DNA of 64,000 nt from assembly GCF_037042905.1 (NCBI RefSeq), contig NC_087251.1:5458001-5522000 (forward strand), in the 5' to 3' direction. Within the stretch, counting starts at the first letter, position 1. Every line of letters begins with the position of its first letter. Of this stretch, positions 40,062 to 53,382 are shown in pieces. Under the pieces are notes generated by a model that did no database searches, was not told the DNA's origin, and worked only from the letters and a program-made list of their open reading frames with translations. Source of the stretch: Lytechinus pictus (taxonomy: Eukaryota). A program made the translations under genes and the position numbers.

Positions 40062-40829
40062 GTTCAATAGACATTCAATAGACATAAAAACATTATAATA
40101 TCATTTAAAATTGCAGATTAGAGACGCAAGACGAAATGAAGATGAGAACATCATGAAGAGAAAATAAAAGCAATGCTTGTAATCTACAGTTTCCTCATAT
40201 TATTAACTCATAAGTATCATCAATATGTTGTATTATGAATATTATTTTTTTTAATAGAGCGAGAGAGAAAAAATGAATATGCTTTAAAAACAGCGGGAAA
40301 GGAGAAGGTGAAATATGAGCATGATGAGGGTGGGCTGGCGATGTTTAAAATGAACATATAGCCCTGTGATTATATAAACCAAATTAATTTTTTTTAGAAG
40401 CAAAGAAAAAGTTTTACCCGGTAAATGAAGTATCCAAAATGTGTCATTACTTAGGTAGATCCGCCACTGGGTTGTGGCTAGAGTAAAGTTTTACATATTT
40501 TCTCACTATATAGGCCTACTTGGCTGTTCATATTAACGTTGAATTAAAGATCAGGGTAGCATTTCATAAAAGCACTTGTCGGACGTTTGATCTCATACAA
40601 ATTAGCATGGCCCTGGGATGATGGGGATGCTTCAGCACCCTCAAGATTTTCCTGGAGATACAAGCGCGTATTATTCTCCATAGGCAGTACCCCCAGGTAT
40701 TCCAGTAGTTGTAAAAAAAAAAGAGAGAAATGTAAGCAAAATGACCGCGTTTTTTTTTTTTTTTTTTTGCTTGTCAAATTTCTCGGGACCGAAATCACCT
40801 TCATGACTTTGTAGTGAACCCTTTTTTTT

Positions 40830-40925
40830 AAATGAATTATTTTAATCAATAAAGTCATGTGATCTTTACTTACGCCTGTCCGGCATGCTTTGCGCGCGGT
40901 TGAATTACTCTCATGTGCCCTATAC
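40830..40925 (+). repeat. ~95-bp direct repeat, second copy at ~42885-42979
   Basis: AATGAATTATTTTAATCA.TAAAGTCATGTGATCTTTAC.TACGCCTGTCCGGCATGCTTTGCGCGCGGTTGAATTACTCTCATGTGCCCTATAC, with about 2 mismatches. Confidence 0.85.
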
Positions 40926-41799
40926 TGAGGGTCAAAGGGAGAAAAGTTGAAAATGTTGGTCTCAAAAGAAAGAGTGGGTTCTCCTGAAGAGATTGGTACC
41001 TTGCATTCAATACCTAATCTGACTAAACGTCTTAAAAGAAAAGAAAACGTCTCATTAGACGCCCCTCGTTTAATGTAAAAATGCAGTGTTCCATTCACAT
41101 ATTTTGTGCGCTTCCTATGGTATTGCAGCTACTAGTTCTACCTGTTTGACGTCCATCAATGGGTTAAAATATAATGTGTGGCGTTACAACTTCTTGTTAA
41201 CATGTTTAATTTTGTTCAAAGTGATTTATTACATTTGTATTCGCATAAAAATAAACAAAGTAAATCAAAGAAAATTGATAACAAACAAAGAGTGTAAGCA
41301 TTTCTTGTGCTCATATCGCCTCTCTTCCTCATTATAACTCACAAGTTGGAGGAGGAGGGGGTGCTATAGATATAAACCATCAACCCGCCCTGCTTACAAG
41401 CCAGGAGGATGGGGTATGTACCCCGACTCGACCCCCCCCCCCCCCCCCCCGTAGCTTTCAACGAAGTGAATTGTATTCAAGCGCGCTATCTATGACGTAT
41501 AACATCTGACTGAGACAAGTTTATGTATTTCAATCTTTCATCTTTCTTTCTGGGGGTGGTCTAAACATTGAAAATAGGAATCCTTGATGATAATTAGTAG
41601 TTATTTATCATTTTGAAATCCATACTTATTTACTTTCGCACTCTCAAACCAACCAGATCTGATCTACTATTGGCAGTAAACTTCTGCATGATGAATGATA
41701 TTAAGCATTGAACATGTTGAATATGCATTTGAAAGCGTCATTTCAGCATACTAAGCGATAAATTCACTAAATGCCGAGTTATATACTTATCAACTGTTG

Positions 41800-42391
41800 T
41801 TAAAGGAGAATGAAACTCTTGGAGCAAATTAGCTTTTGTGAAAGCAGAAAAATCAAAGAATAAGATCAACAAAAGTTTGAGTAAAATAGGACTAGCAATA
41901 GAAGAGTTATGAGCATTTGAATGTCGAGATCACTAATGCTATGGAGATCCTCCCATTGGCAATGCGACGAAGATCTATGATGTCACAGATGAACAACTCT
42001 CCCCTTTTGCACGCTGAAAATATACCCCAAAACATCTCTTTTTGCTCATTCTAATCATATGACAAACGATTCATTAATGATATAATGTTGTGAAACCTGT
42101 GTACTTGTCCTCTCATAAAGAGAACACCTCACCTTGTGATAGACTCTATAAAAGTGAGAATATAAGTGAAATAAGTACTAAAGTAATGAGGGAGTTGTAC
42201 GTGTGTGACATCACAGATCTTGGTCGCATTGCCAATGGGAGGATCTACATGGCATTAGTGATCTCAATATTCAAATGCTCATAACTTTCTTATTATTCAT
42301 TCAATCTTCCTCGAACTTTCAACAATATGTTTCTTTGATTTTTCTCTTTGATATGGATTCAGCTGGTGTCAAGGGTTTCATTCTCCTTTAA
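41800..42391. mobile_element. Kolobok-like palindromic MITE, TTAA TSD
   Basis: TTAAAGGAGAATGAAAC / GTTTCATTCTCCTTTAA, with long internal inverted arms (41906-41987 vs 42204-42290). Confidence 0.85.
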
Positions 42392-45300
42392 ACATAACCC
42401 ATCACTTTGTATAAAACTGTTTGAAGCATTCTAACCACTGATTTCTAGCAGACGACGCTCAGCCATAGCAACGACAGTGTAGAAGTGTAGTCGCTCTATA
42501 AGGCTCACATGAGTATTACAGACCCCCACTCACTCACGTGTTAAATCATAGCTCATAAAAAAAAAATCATCAAAAATCAACCCTTCGATAGATTTTGCTT
42601 TAATTCACTGACATTAGTCACAATTAACAGTACATTAAGACTTGATATGTCAATCGGGTACTTGTCCAGCTCAATCAAAAGTTAAATGGCCTGAAATAAG
42701 ACTAACCATGATTTCGGCCAGTTCATTGCCAGAAAAACCCGAACTGCATTGTGGGTAATAATAATTAAAATGAAATACAAAAATGCAGTTTAGCCTCCCC
42801 AAAGGCCTTAACTATGAAAGAGTATGAACATGAAATTGTTTCTATCATATATATTTTGATATACTAACATTTTTTTTCTATTTTAATGAATTATTTTAAT
42901 CAGTAAAGTCATGTGATCTTTACGTACGCCTGTCCGGCATGCTTTGCGCGCGGTTGAATTACTCTCATGTGCCCTATACGATCCGACACTCTGGGGGACT
43001 AGCAAGATGGCGGCGGTGCACTGAAGCGAAAAACCGGGCCATTGAATTGACGACAATTCCATGCGTGCATTGCGGACGGGTGCAAGCCTCCCCCTTCCTT
43101 TTATTTACGTTTTTGGAAGTATTTTTATTTTTTCATTTTTATTTTATTCTTTTTTTGCTCTAATATGTCGAAATTGTTGAAAAAAATGATGAAAGGCCGC
43201 ATTTGGGATTTGTTATTTTTCAATTTTAAAACTGATCCATACATATGAGGTTTAAGAAGAATCTTAATACTGCATAGCATTGTGTGTGTTTTTTTTATAC
43301 TAGAGCAATTAAAACAATCCATACATATGAATATAAAGAATAACTGGAAAATTGACAATTATGAGGGGTATATACATTTATCCTGTTCGTGTTTTATTTA
43401 ATCTCATTTCTCATTATTATTTCCTTTTATCACATTCGAGACATAAAGAGCCTGAAAAAATAATCTCTATTTTACCTTTTACATCAGACTTTATCCACTA
43501 ATTATTTCCTGAATTACAGCTTATGGCATCGGATTTGACTTTATTTTGCATAACTTATACGCCGGCAATATGATCTCAACATAAACAAAGTATATAAAGA
43601 AAATGGCTTATCATAACTTATAAAAACCTCAGCGTTTCAGATAATTACTGCTTATTGAATAATTATTACAGCCCACACGACGATGTTAAGTTCCTTTTTA
43701 CGGAACAACAGAACAATTGTGACCCTCAGGCGATGCATGGAATATCCAAGAATATAATTTAATCTCATTCAAAATTGACTTTTGTTTGCTTCCCTTCTCT
43801 AATGCAACCATATACGAGCACTCATATATTTCCAAGAATAATAACAAATGTTATAAATATGAACCGTAAAAAAATATATATTTAAATTTTAGCATTTATA
43901 GATTATTGTCACTCCCACGTGATGATTAAAGGTTAAAAAGTGCTCAGTGTTTTCTTCTTCTTTAAAAAAAAAACCCAGAGTCTATGAATGACTTTAACTT
44001 TATATTATCTTAGAATATACAAGAATAGTATATACTGTTATCTATGTTCTAGTTATTATCCTCATCACTATCACCATCGTTATTGGGCATCATTTAAATG
44101 ACTTTTTTTTCGGTCCGAAAAATTAAAAAAATTGATTTAAAAAATACCGAACGTATAGATATAAAATGTATATTTCAAAAGAAAATTGTGTAAGCTTACG
44201 TAAAGAATTACAAACTACCTTATCTACCTCAATACCTTATTTAAAGATTTCATGATTTCATCAAGATTGAAATTTTTTATAGATTTTAATTTCACGTCCA
44301 AAGGAAGAGAAAAATTAAAATATTGTGCATCATCATCATGGATGTCTCCAGGAAGATTTACGTAAATGAAATAAGTTCTAATACAAAATACAGTTTTATG
44401 AAGATGCTTTTTGTTATCAAATCATCTCCCTGTATCACGCACGTTCATCTGACATATAATTTTGGTTTGTCGTTATCTCACATAAAAGATGGTCTTATGC
44501 AAACGAAATGATCGGATTTGCAAATGACAGCTAGACAACAAAAAGATACGCTTCGGGCTAAATTCCATTCTCTTGTTCGAATTTATGCGGGAATTGCACT
44601 TTTGAAGCCCGAAGGGCAAGATGTTGACAAGAAAGTTATTGCATCTCTTGCACACTCTATAACATATGATGAAATTGTTCAGCAACAACCGAACCCTTAT
44701 ACAATGAGATTGAAGAAACAAAATTTGAGGATATCCGATGCAGAGATCCATGCACTACTGAATAATGGAAAGTGACCAATATCATGATAATTCCCGAACG
44801 AAAATCTTACTTTTAATAAGAATTTACACTTGTAATGTTCTTTATTTTCATCGTGATCAAATATAAAGTAAATAATATAGGGACCACCATGTATACGAAA
44901 TTAATTTGTAAGATATTCTATACATCATTTTTAAAAACGTATTTCGACTATCAGTATGCTTAGTACTCCATCGAATTCGACATTATGTTGTGTTCTTAGT
45001 TTGATTGCCAAAATATACTTGTAAAAAGTAAGAGAATTCCAAGAAGCGTAAGCAATCAGTCTGTTCTATAACATTTGCAGACAAGCACAGATCTACCCGT
45101 ATACCATTTTAGGGCCAGGACCATATTGTTTTTGTACAATAGTGAGAGTCCCTCGAAACTACTGTGTCTAATTTGGCTTGATCCGTGCCTGTTTCCAGAT
45201 AATGAGACCAAAAATGTGTTGAAAATCCATTAAACAGTAACGATTATTATCTTTGTGTTATTTCTTGGTTTTATTTGCAAGCTGCTCTCACAATATTTTA

Positions 45301-46593
45301 TGGATGGATAGCTCATGAGATCAGTTTTATAATAGTACGTATCATGGGCGGATCCATGATTACCCAAATGGGGAGGCATATTTTCCTGATGGATATTTGA
45401 CAAGCAAAAAAAAAAGGTCCAAACTTGTGTATGAACGACACATTCCCGTTAAAAATATATGCCTTATGTGACAACTTTCATGCATTTTTAAAATATTTTT
45501 TTTGATGAGACAGAAGCTGATCAAAGTTGTCTAGCTGACCGAGCTTGTTATTATGTGATAACCTCCATGCATTTTTAGAAGATTTTTATTGTTTCTGATG
45601 AAACAGAAGTTGATAAAATGTGTTTAGCTGACCGGGCTTGCCCCTTATTGTCGATGAATGGAGCCGCAAGGAGGACGACACCAGCCATCACTACACTATA
45701 CTTTTACTATATTTTACGATACTTTCGTGCAATTTTAAACTACATTTTGGACAACAGCTGGTTATGTATCATCATACTATCTACGAGAACTGATTTCTTC
45801 AGGTCAAATTTTCTTCGTTGGAGACGATTATATTCACATTATATCGTAAGTTCATTTGTCATTTAACAAATTTCCGTACCCATAGTCCTAGACATGACAA
45901 ACGGAGTTCGTTCCAACAAATACCATGGCAAACCTGGAACTAAAACTTAAGTACAAACTGCCTAAAGGTGTTACACGTCATAGTATTTCATTTTCTCTCA
46001 GCCTAATTTTTGATTGCCATAAATCTGTACCCGAGGGACTTTTGTCTACAGACTTTTACCAGGGCGAACTATCACAAATCTATCCAGAATTGAACATTGA
46101 AATATGTCGCCATTTTGTCATCACTTACGAACATGAACGTCCGACTCACTCAACTGCATAAATGTCTAACGATGACGTCAATAGTTCTATTGCCAGCATT
46201 AACAATGACGAAAGTATTTTAATTGAAGATCCAATTGAAGATCGTAATCTCTCACGAAACTGCATGTTATGTAACTTGAAGTGTGACGTCACGGAGCACA
46301 TCTGTATGAAATGCAAATGCATCAATCAGCGCATCGAGCAACTGACAATAGATATGAAGCAGGTTAAGCACGCCATCGTCGCTATGCTTGACAACCCACA
46401 GTCAAAGGAGAAGTCATCGTCACCAACATCTCATCATCCATCATCCGGGCCATCATCTAACAGTCTCACGTCATCATCCCAACGACCTCCATCCTCAAAC
46501 ACCCACCCAAACTCACAGCCGTCACCCCCAGGGACATCCAACCTACCAATTCATCCTCCAAGGCCACGTAAGGGACCATCATCATCTCAACCC

Positions 46594-47131
46594 CCCGGGG
46601 GGGGGCACTCAGTATATAATGCATAGTGGGTATGTGCCGCGGAGGGGACCCCCATTTTTACACTCAAATTTCCGTTCCAAGGCATAGCATTTTTGTCCTA
46701 TTGAGAAAAAGAACAAAGAAAGCCGCTCCAAGGCATAGTATTTCCTTCTTATCGAGAAAAAAAGAAGAAAGAAATCCGCTCCAAAGCTTCGCATATTTTT
46801 CGTTACGCCGTTCCGGTCGCATTGATCTGCTACAATTTTGGTGAAAAGCGGCCGTAGAGCGCTTTTCGACCATCGCCTAAGCGCGAGCGCACCCGGCGGA
46901 GGCCGAGCTAGCTGCGTCATGCACGATTGCCCGTTCCATAGGGATGCATACGCACTCACAGAGATACGGAGATCCGTTCCGAGGACCCCCGTTTTCACAA
47001 ACATTTGTAGTTTCGAAGCCCGTTCCGAGGACCCTCCTTTTACAATAAGCCCGCTCCAAGGCCCCCGTTTTTTGCCTCGCCCGCGGCACACCCCTACCAC
47101 TTTTTTGGTCGAGTGCCCCCCCCCCCCCGGG
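46594..47131 (+). mobile_element. 538-bp MITE with CCCGG(G)nCACTC TIRs and an 8-bp TSD, inserted in LINE ORF1
   Basis: Perfect TSD CTCAACCC at 46586-46593 and 47132-47139. Confidence 0.9.
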
Positions 47132-47359
47132 CTCAACCCCCAGGGCTACAATCTCAATCTTTTCCTCGGACACCCCCAGCTCCTGTATACTCGCAATCTG
47201 CCACATCAGAGCTCTATCAGTACGCCTTCCCTCCCTTACGCCCATCGATCACGAATTATCCATATCCACCACAACCTCATCAGTACGCCTACGCGCCATC
47301 GCATCCTCTTCCACCCCCGATTTTCCAGAACACCCAGCCACCCCGCCCTTCATTTCAAC

Positions 47360-47383
47360 CAAGGAGAGAGTGATATCTCCTTG
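47360..47383. mobile_element. 24-bp hairpin micro-insertion with 7-bp TSD (second copy)
   Basis: TTTCAAC-[CAAGGAGA GAGTGATA TCTCCTTG]-TTTCAAC. It frameshifts LINE ORF1. Confidence 0.85.
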
Positions 47384-47649
47384 TTTCAACCATCAATGTA
47401 CAACTTAACATCAATACAACGATTGACTCCTCCCGCGACGCGCTTCGGTCCCCATGGAAACAGAGCCTACGCATCAGTAGTCCGCGGCACGCCTACCATG
47501 TACGGAAGATGTTGCGAATACTGTGGCGAACCGAATCATAGGGCTCACACATGTCGACACGGAATTCAGCTCCAATGTCGCCGTTGTAATCAGCTGGGAC
47601 ATAAAGAAAAGTATTGCACTAATAAAAAAATCGGCCAAGAAGAGAGTGC

Positions 47650-50414
47650 CCCAAACAGTAAAATAGAAATTGTATATGAACTTGATAAATCTATGTCTTT
47701 AATAACACATAATGGTAAGAAAATATGCAATGTTATTTTAACAAGAGACTTTAATTTACCAAGTTTGAAGTGGGTTAACGGATATTATGTTACATCCGAA
47801 AACTCTGAGTTAATAAAATGTTTTATATCAATAATTGAAAATAATTTTCTTTATCAGCATGTGAACCAACCGACAAGGATTACGGATAAGACTTGTAACA
47901 TACTTGATTTATTATTTACTTCTCATCCATCAGATGTGTCTAATGTTGATGTCATTCCTGGTATAAGTGACCATGAGGCTATAAGTTTTGATATTTGTTG
48001 TATGAGGAAAGGCGAATTAAAAAAGAAACATACATATTTTTATTCTAAAGCTAATTTTGATAATTTCAGAAAAGATTTGACAAGCATACTATTTTCTGAG
48101 AAAAACAGAGATGTAAAGGAATATTGGCAGTTTATCAAATCCACTGTAAAAAAGATATGTGATGCAAATGTACCTCATGGTAATTTAAAAAGAAGATCTA
48201 ATGTTCCATGGGTAGATAAAGACTTAAGGAAATTAATGAAAAAAAGAAATATATCCTTCAAGAAAGCTAAAAGGACAAACCAAAAAACCCATTGGGAAAA
48301 ATATAGACTTTTGAGAAAGGAAGTAAAGAAGAAAGTGAAAGTAAATTATGTAAATTATTTGCGAAATGATATATGTAGTAATCTAAAACATAGTCCTAAA
48401 CGTTTTTGGAACTTTATTAAATCTAGAAAATGTGATCGTGGTACGATAGATTGTTTAAACGTAAACGGCACAATCATAACAGAAGACCAACAAAAAGCTG
48501 ACGTTTTTAATGAACAATTTAATAAAATATTCAGTAATCGTTTAAGTCAACCCCAACCTAAATTAAAGAGTAATGTTCCTATTATGGATGATGTTCAGAG
48601 TACCGAAGAAGAAGTTTCAAAGCTGTTAAAGAATTTAGATGTATCAAAAGCGCATGGACCCGATGAATTAGCACTACGCTTGTTGAGAGAAGGTGCAGAA
48701 CAATTGGCACCAGCTCTCTGCAAGCTCTTTAACATGTCTTTGTCATCAGGTGTATTGCCAGATGATTGGCAAAGGGCTAATATATGCCCACTGTATAAAA
48801 AGGGTAACAAACAGGACCCTGGTAATTATCGCCCGATATCCCTTACATCAGTTACATGCAAAGTCTTAAAACGTATCATTTGTAAACATCTTATTGAACA
48901 CTTTAACGAAAATAACATATTATGTGACAATAATAATAATAATAATAATATAGAGTATTTATAAAGCGCCAAATCCACATTGATTATGTGCTCAAGGCGC
49001 TGAAATATACTTGGTATATTATTATTACCCCGGCTGTAGCTGAGCGGCCATATAGGCGCTAAAGCATTCAAGGAATAAATCCTACCGGGTACCCATTCAC
49101 CTCACCTGGGTCGAGTGCAGCACAATGTGGATAAATTTCTTGCCGAAGGAAATTACGCCATGGCTGGGATTCGAACCCACGACCCTCTGTTTCAAAGTCC
49201 GAAGACTAATCCACTGGGCCACAACGCTCCACAATCAACATGGTTTTCGTCTAAAGAGAAGTTGTGAAACACAACTTATAGAAGCAATTAATGATTGGAG
49301 TTATAATATGGAGTCTGGTTTAAGCGTCCATATTGCATTTCTTGATTTTGCAAAAGCGTTTGACAGTGTGCCTCACGATCTTTTAAGAACAAAACTTGAA
49401 ATGTACGGTGTTACTTCTCACAATTTAGAATGGATCATGATTTTTTTAGAGAATAGATATCAAAGAGTAGTTATAAATGGCGAATGTTCTTCATGGTACA
49501 AAATTAAATCAGGTGTTCCCCAAGGAACAATCTTAGGTCCGGTATTGTTTCTGTGCTTTATAAATGATATGCCTAATAATATTTCATCAACTATTCGATT
49601 ATATGCGGACGATTGTATATTATACCGCCCAATTTTTAACATAAATGATTGTAAGATGTTACAACACGATTTAGAAGTTTTAAGCAAGTGGTCTGAAGCG
49701 TGGATGCTCGATTTTAATGTATCTAAATGTAAAATAATGAATATGTCACGAAAACATCACGATATAACATATATGTATTCTATTAATGGACATGAATTAT
49801 CAAATGTAAAATGTGAAAAATATTTAGGTCTCGTAATAAACGATTCTTTAAACTGGAACGACCATTGCATGGATTTATATACAAAATGCAACAGGATTAT
49901 GGGAATCATCTGAAGAAATTTCGTTAATTGCCCAAAGTCTATTTTGAAATGTCTTTTTGAAACACTAATTCGTTCACGTTTAGAGTATTGTTGTACGGCA
50001 TGGGATCCTTATCGAGCCGCACACAAAGACATGATTGAACGTATTCAAAAACGCTACGTAAGGATGATGTGCAAAGATTGGTTTACGAGCTATAACGTAT
50101 TGTTAAAAAAGGTTAAACTGAATTCATTTATAGAAAAAAGACGAAAATACCATAGACTTGTTTTATACTATAAAATTGTAAAAAAGATTGTTAATGTAGG
50201 AGAAATAGATAGGTGCACACAAGCGAACAGAATAGGAAGAAATTATAATACTTTTAAAATGAATGTTCCATATGCAAGAACAGACTATTATATGAAATCA
50301 TTTTATCCTCAAACAATCAATGAGTCGAATCAACTCCCTGAAATTGTAGTTAATAGCCCATCTCTCAATACATTTAAATCGTCCCTGTTGAAACATCTCC
50401 AATTAGACATTTGA
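47650..50414 (+). pseudogene. LINE ORF2 (N-truncated APE endonuclease plus reverse transcriptase), interrupted
   Basis: VILTRDFNLP, NILDLLFT, GISDH (APE) and RT motifs 0-7. Split by a SINE at ILCDN|QHGF. In-frame TGA at 49911-49913. Confidence 0.9.
48932..49232 (-). mobile_element. tRNA-derived SINE inserted in the LINE RT
   Basis: Minus-strand head GTGGAGCGTTGTGGCCCAGTGG (A box) ... GGTTCGAATCCC (B box), (TTA)n tail and a short ACAAT duplication. Confidence 0.9.
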
Positions 50415-50747
50415 GTTATTGTTTCAAGCAATCTTAGTATTTTGAAGAATTATTTTGTGTATCCCTGATGTTGTACTTAAACTATAATCTTTTATCTGCC
50501 TTTATATTATGTATTTGTATTACTTGGTTAATGTCATCGATATGTTTTGTACTTCGTTTTATATATCTGGGATGCCAACTTGTATGGGTTTTCCTAAACC
50601 TTGTTTTGCAACCCGAGACATGTAAATATTTTATATTTTTATTTTTCTGTCTGAATAAATCAAATCAAATCAAATCAAATCACCAGGATGTAGCTAGGAA
50701 TTCCGGTGGGTGATGCAAAACTGTTGTTTATTTAAATTATGTTCCCG

Positions 50748-51172
50748 TCCGGAGGGGGGGGGCAGTCAAATTAATTGCTGTACACATGCGTGACCCCCAA
50801 AACGCGTTTAAAGGGGTGTTTTTGCAGTTTTGGACGCAAGCGTGCACCCGCTAAGGGTATCAAAAACATCGCTTTTCAAGAAAAAGTGTTAATTTGACAG
50901 ACTTTTCAATTGTCACTCGCGGGGTCAAACGTATTTAGGGTATGTTTTATTTTAAAGACTAGCCAAACGTGTTTAGGATATGTTTTTCCCCAAGCTTTTT
51001 CCCAGAGGTCATATTCTGGCGACAACTTGTTTAGGGGCCAAATTGTGTAAATAAAGCAAGCGAAAAACTTGTTTAGGGGTTATAATGCACACAGAGAAAA
51101 ACTCGTTTAGGGAGTGTTTGGAAATAATTTGGTCAGGCATGTGTACAGCAATACATTTGACTGGCCCCCGGG
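50748..51172. mobile_element. MITE with (T/C)CCGG...CCGGG ends and an 8-bp TSD
   Basis: Inverted arms CAGTCAAAT..ATTGCTGTACACATGC.TGACC. TSD TGTTCCCG / TCTTCCCG. Confidence 0.8.
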
Positions 51173-52339
51173 TCTTCCCGCTTGTATTTGTTAAGATATT
51201 TCTTCACTTCGTTTGCATTTACATTTGTTGTTGTTTATATATCCAAAGGAACTATCGCTGGGCTAGCACCATGAGCGTCTCTGGACGGTGTGTGCGCTCA
51301 TTAAGATATCGCAATTATTAGTATGCAACATTAATCACCACGCATCATGAAACAGGTATAAACTAATTGTTATTTTTGTTTGTTTGTTTTTGCTTTACTA
51401 AAAAGCATTATATCAGGCGCTGACCATTCTCTTGAATTATTAAACTCGGTTGTCAATTCTGATATATCACATCGCCCTTAATTACCACAGGAGTACACTT
51501 TTCATTCTCAAATCACTATCTTTTTTTCTTTGGTCAGCGCATCCCTCTCTGGAGTTTATTTTTTAAAAGCCCACGTATGATCACAGGAGTTCTGAGATCA
51601 ATTCCAACACAATTTATCAAGCAATTACATCTTAAGGATTTAAGCGAAATTGATAATTACTGATGTATGAATTTGGACCTCTAATGAGGACTTCGCCTGA
51701 CTGTTGTCTTCTCTTTTTTACTATTCCTCTCTCATTTATCGTAAAAAAAAGCTATTTAATTTGTGAAAGAATAGTATGAATTGCGCAGTAACACGATAGC
51801 ATGAACAGTTTCCCAAGGTTGATAGAAACATGAGAATAAAAAAACCGTTTGAATAATTTCAAGCTTGGATTCAAATGCAAAGGATATGGAACGATTGCTG
51901 TTTGTTGTGGGTTATCCTGAAGATCTCAAATATTTGTGAACAGTATTGGAAATAGAATACTGATGAAAGAGCCGAATAAATCCCTATTCCCCGTTGAAAG
52001 ATTCTATGTGATAGATCCTTGTGGTGTACTTTTTCGAAAAGGGTTGGATGACTAGATTAATAATAAAGATTGCTCATGTCATGAGGAAGGGGTGAAATAT
52101 TTGCCAGAATGCATTGTTAAGGGCAAATTGGGAATGGGTAAGCAACAAATTTCTTTGTTTAATCATCAAGAAATGGATTGGTGGGTCCAGGGGCAACGAT
52201 GTTGTGAAACCTTACACGCACACATATCCAAGATGTTCTCAAAGAAAGACGAAAAGGGGGATGAGAGATTATTTTGCATTACGTCAACAAAAGTTCTCTG
52301 ACAAAATGCGCCTATTTGCTATATTTTTTATTTGGCATG

Positions 52340-53085
52340 GATTTAAAATGTATATTGATAAGTCTTTGAACATGGATGCACATATTTCGTCTACCTGCAA
52401 AAGTGTTTTCTATCACTTGCGAAACATAACGAAGATTCGCAGATTCCTCTCTGAACCAGATGCTGCAAAAGTCATCCATGCCCTTGTCACGTCGCGAGTG
52501 GACTGCTGTAATGCCCTGCTTGCTGGTTTACCATTCTTCGGCCTCAAGACTACAAAGAATACTCAACAACGCTGCCGAGTTCTTAAAGGAGTGGGCAAAT
52601 ACGAACATATTACCCCAACCCTAAAAGAACTCCACTGGCTTTCTGTGTCGAGAAGAATTGAATACAAGATCCTGACATTAGTGTTCAAAGCTCTTCATGA
52701 CGCAGCATCTACTTACATCAAGGATCTTCTTGTTGTGAAGCAGGGCCACTATTCTCCAGACTATTCTTTACGATCTTCCACATCTACCATCCTTGTGATT
52801 CCGCGTACCCGGACCAGGCATTATGAAGATCGGGCTTTTAGCTATGTGGCCCCAGTCATGTGGAATAGACTGCCAAGTACTATCAGGAATATGAACACGC
52901 TTAAGACATTCCAATCAAGTGTCAAATATTACCTATTTTCACAATCATATTAGTGAAGTCCATGTCTTTTCCTCATATGAATGTTATACTTGATGTTTTT
53001 AATTGTGAATATTTCCAATGTTTTTGTTTATTTAATATGTAGCGCCTTGAGTAATGATACATTAGAAATACTCATTATTATTACT
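52340..53085 (+). mobile_element. L2-clade LINE 3' fragment
   Basis: IDKSLNMDAHISSTCKSVFYHLRNITKIRRFL...HALVTSRVDCCNALLAGLP...EHITPTLKELHWL...DRAFSYVAPVMWNRLP. 3' end GCGCCTTGAG...(ATT)n. Confidence 0.85.
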
Positions 53086-53382
53086 TACAGCAATACACCC
53101 GGTATGCGGTTGAATTACATATTGCATAACATAGAGCATTGAGGAGAGCAGAGTGTAATAGTTAAATACTAATAGTTGAAAATGTTTCAAATAAGACAAT
53201 TTTTTGAAGGTTGAAATGTATTTTATGTTCTTTTTATCATTGCTAGATTATTTTGCATGCCTGACAAAGAGGAAATGAAAATTACAGATTGCATAACATA
53301 AAACATTGAGGAGAGCATCTTCCCCCGAATTGTATGATCGATTACAATCTTTGTACTTTCTCTTTTTTTCCTTTTTTCTTCA

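Larger units (their letters stand above)
45925..47620 (+). pseudogene. LINE ORF1 (gag-like: Cys cluster, coiled coil, Pro/Ser-rich region, two CCHC zinc knuckles), interrupted
   Basis: ORFs 45925-46161 and 46162-46593 are in frame across one TAA. Removing the 46594-47131 and 47360-47383 insertions with their TSDs restores the frame into CEYCGEPNHRAHTC and CRRCNQLGHKEKYC (47513-47617). Confidence 0.8.
45650..50682 (+). mobile_element. Near full-length CR1/RTE-X-like LINE with three nested insertions
   Basis: Gag-like ORF1 with two CCHC knuckles, a partial APE and an RT (NYRPISLTS, QHGFR, FLDFAKAFDSV, GVPQGTILGP, LYADD, KYLG). AATAAA plus an (AAATC)n tail at 50654-50682. The 5' boundary and the clade are approximate. 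Confidence 0.9.

Noticed and set aside
46838..48964. 708-aa ORF as a single novel protein
   Set aside because: It is a chimera of MITE sequence, out-of-frame ORF1, true ORF1/ORF2 and a SINE tail.
52114..52340. N-terminal part of the 279-aa ORF
   Set aside because: Chance open frame upstream of a 5'-truncated L2 fragment. L2 similarity starts only near 52340.
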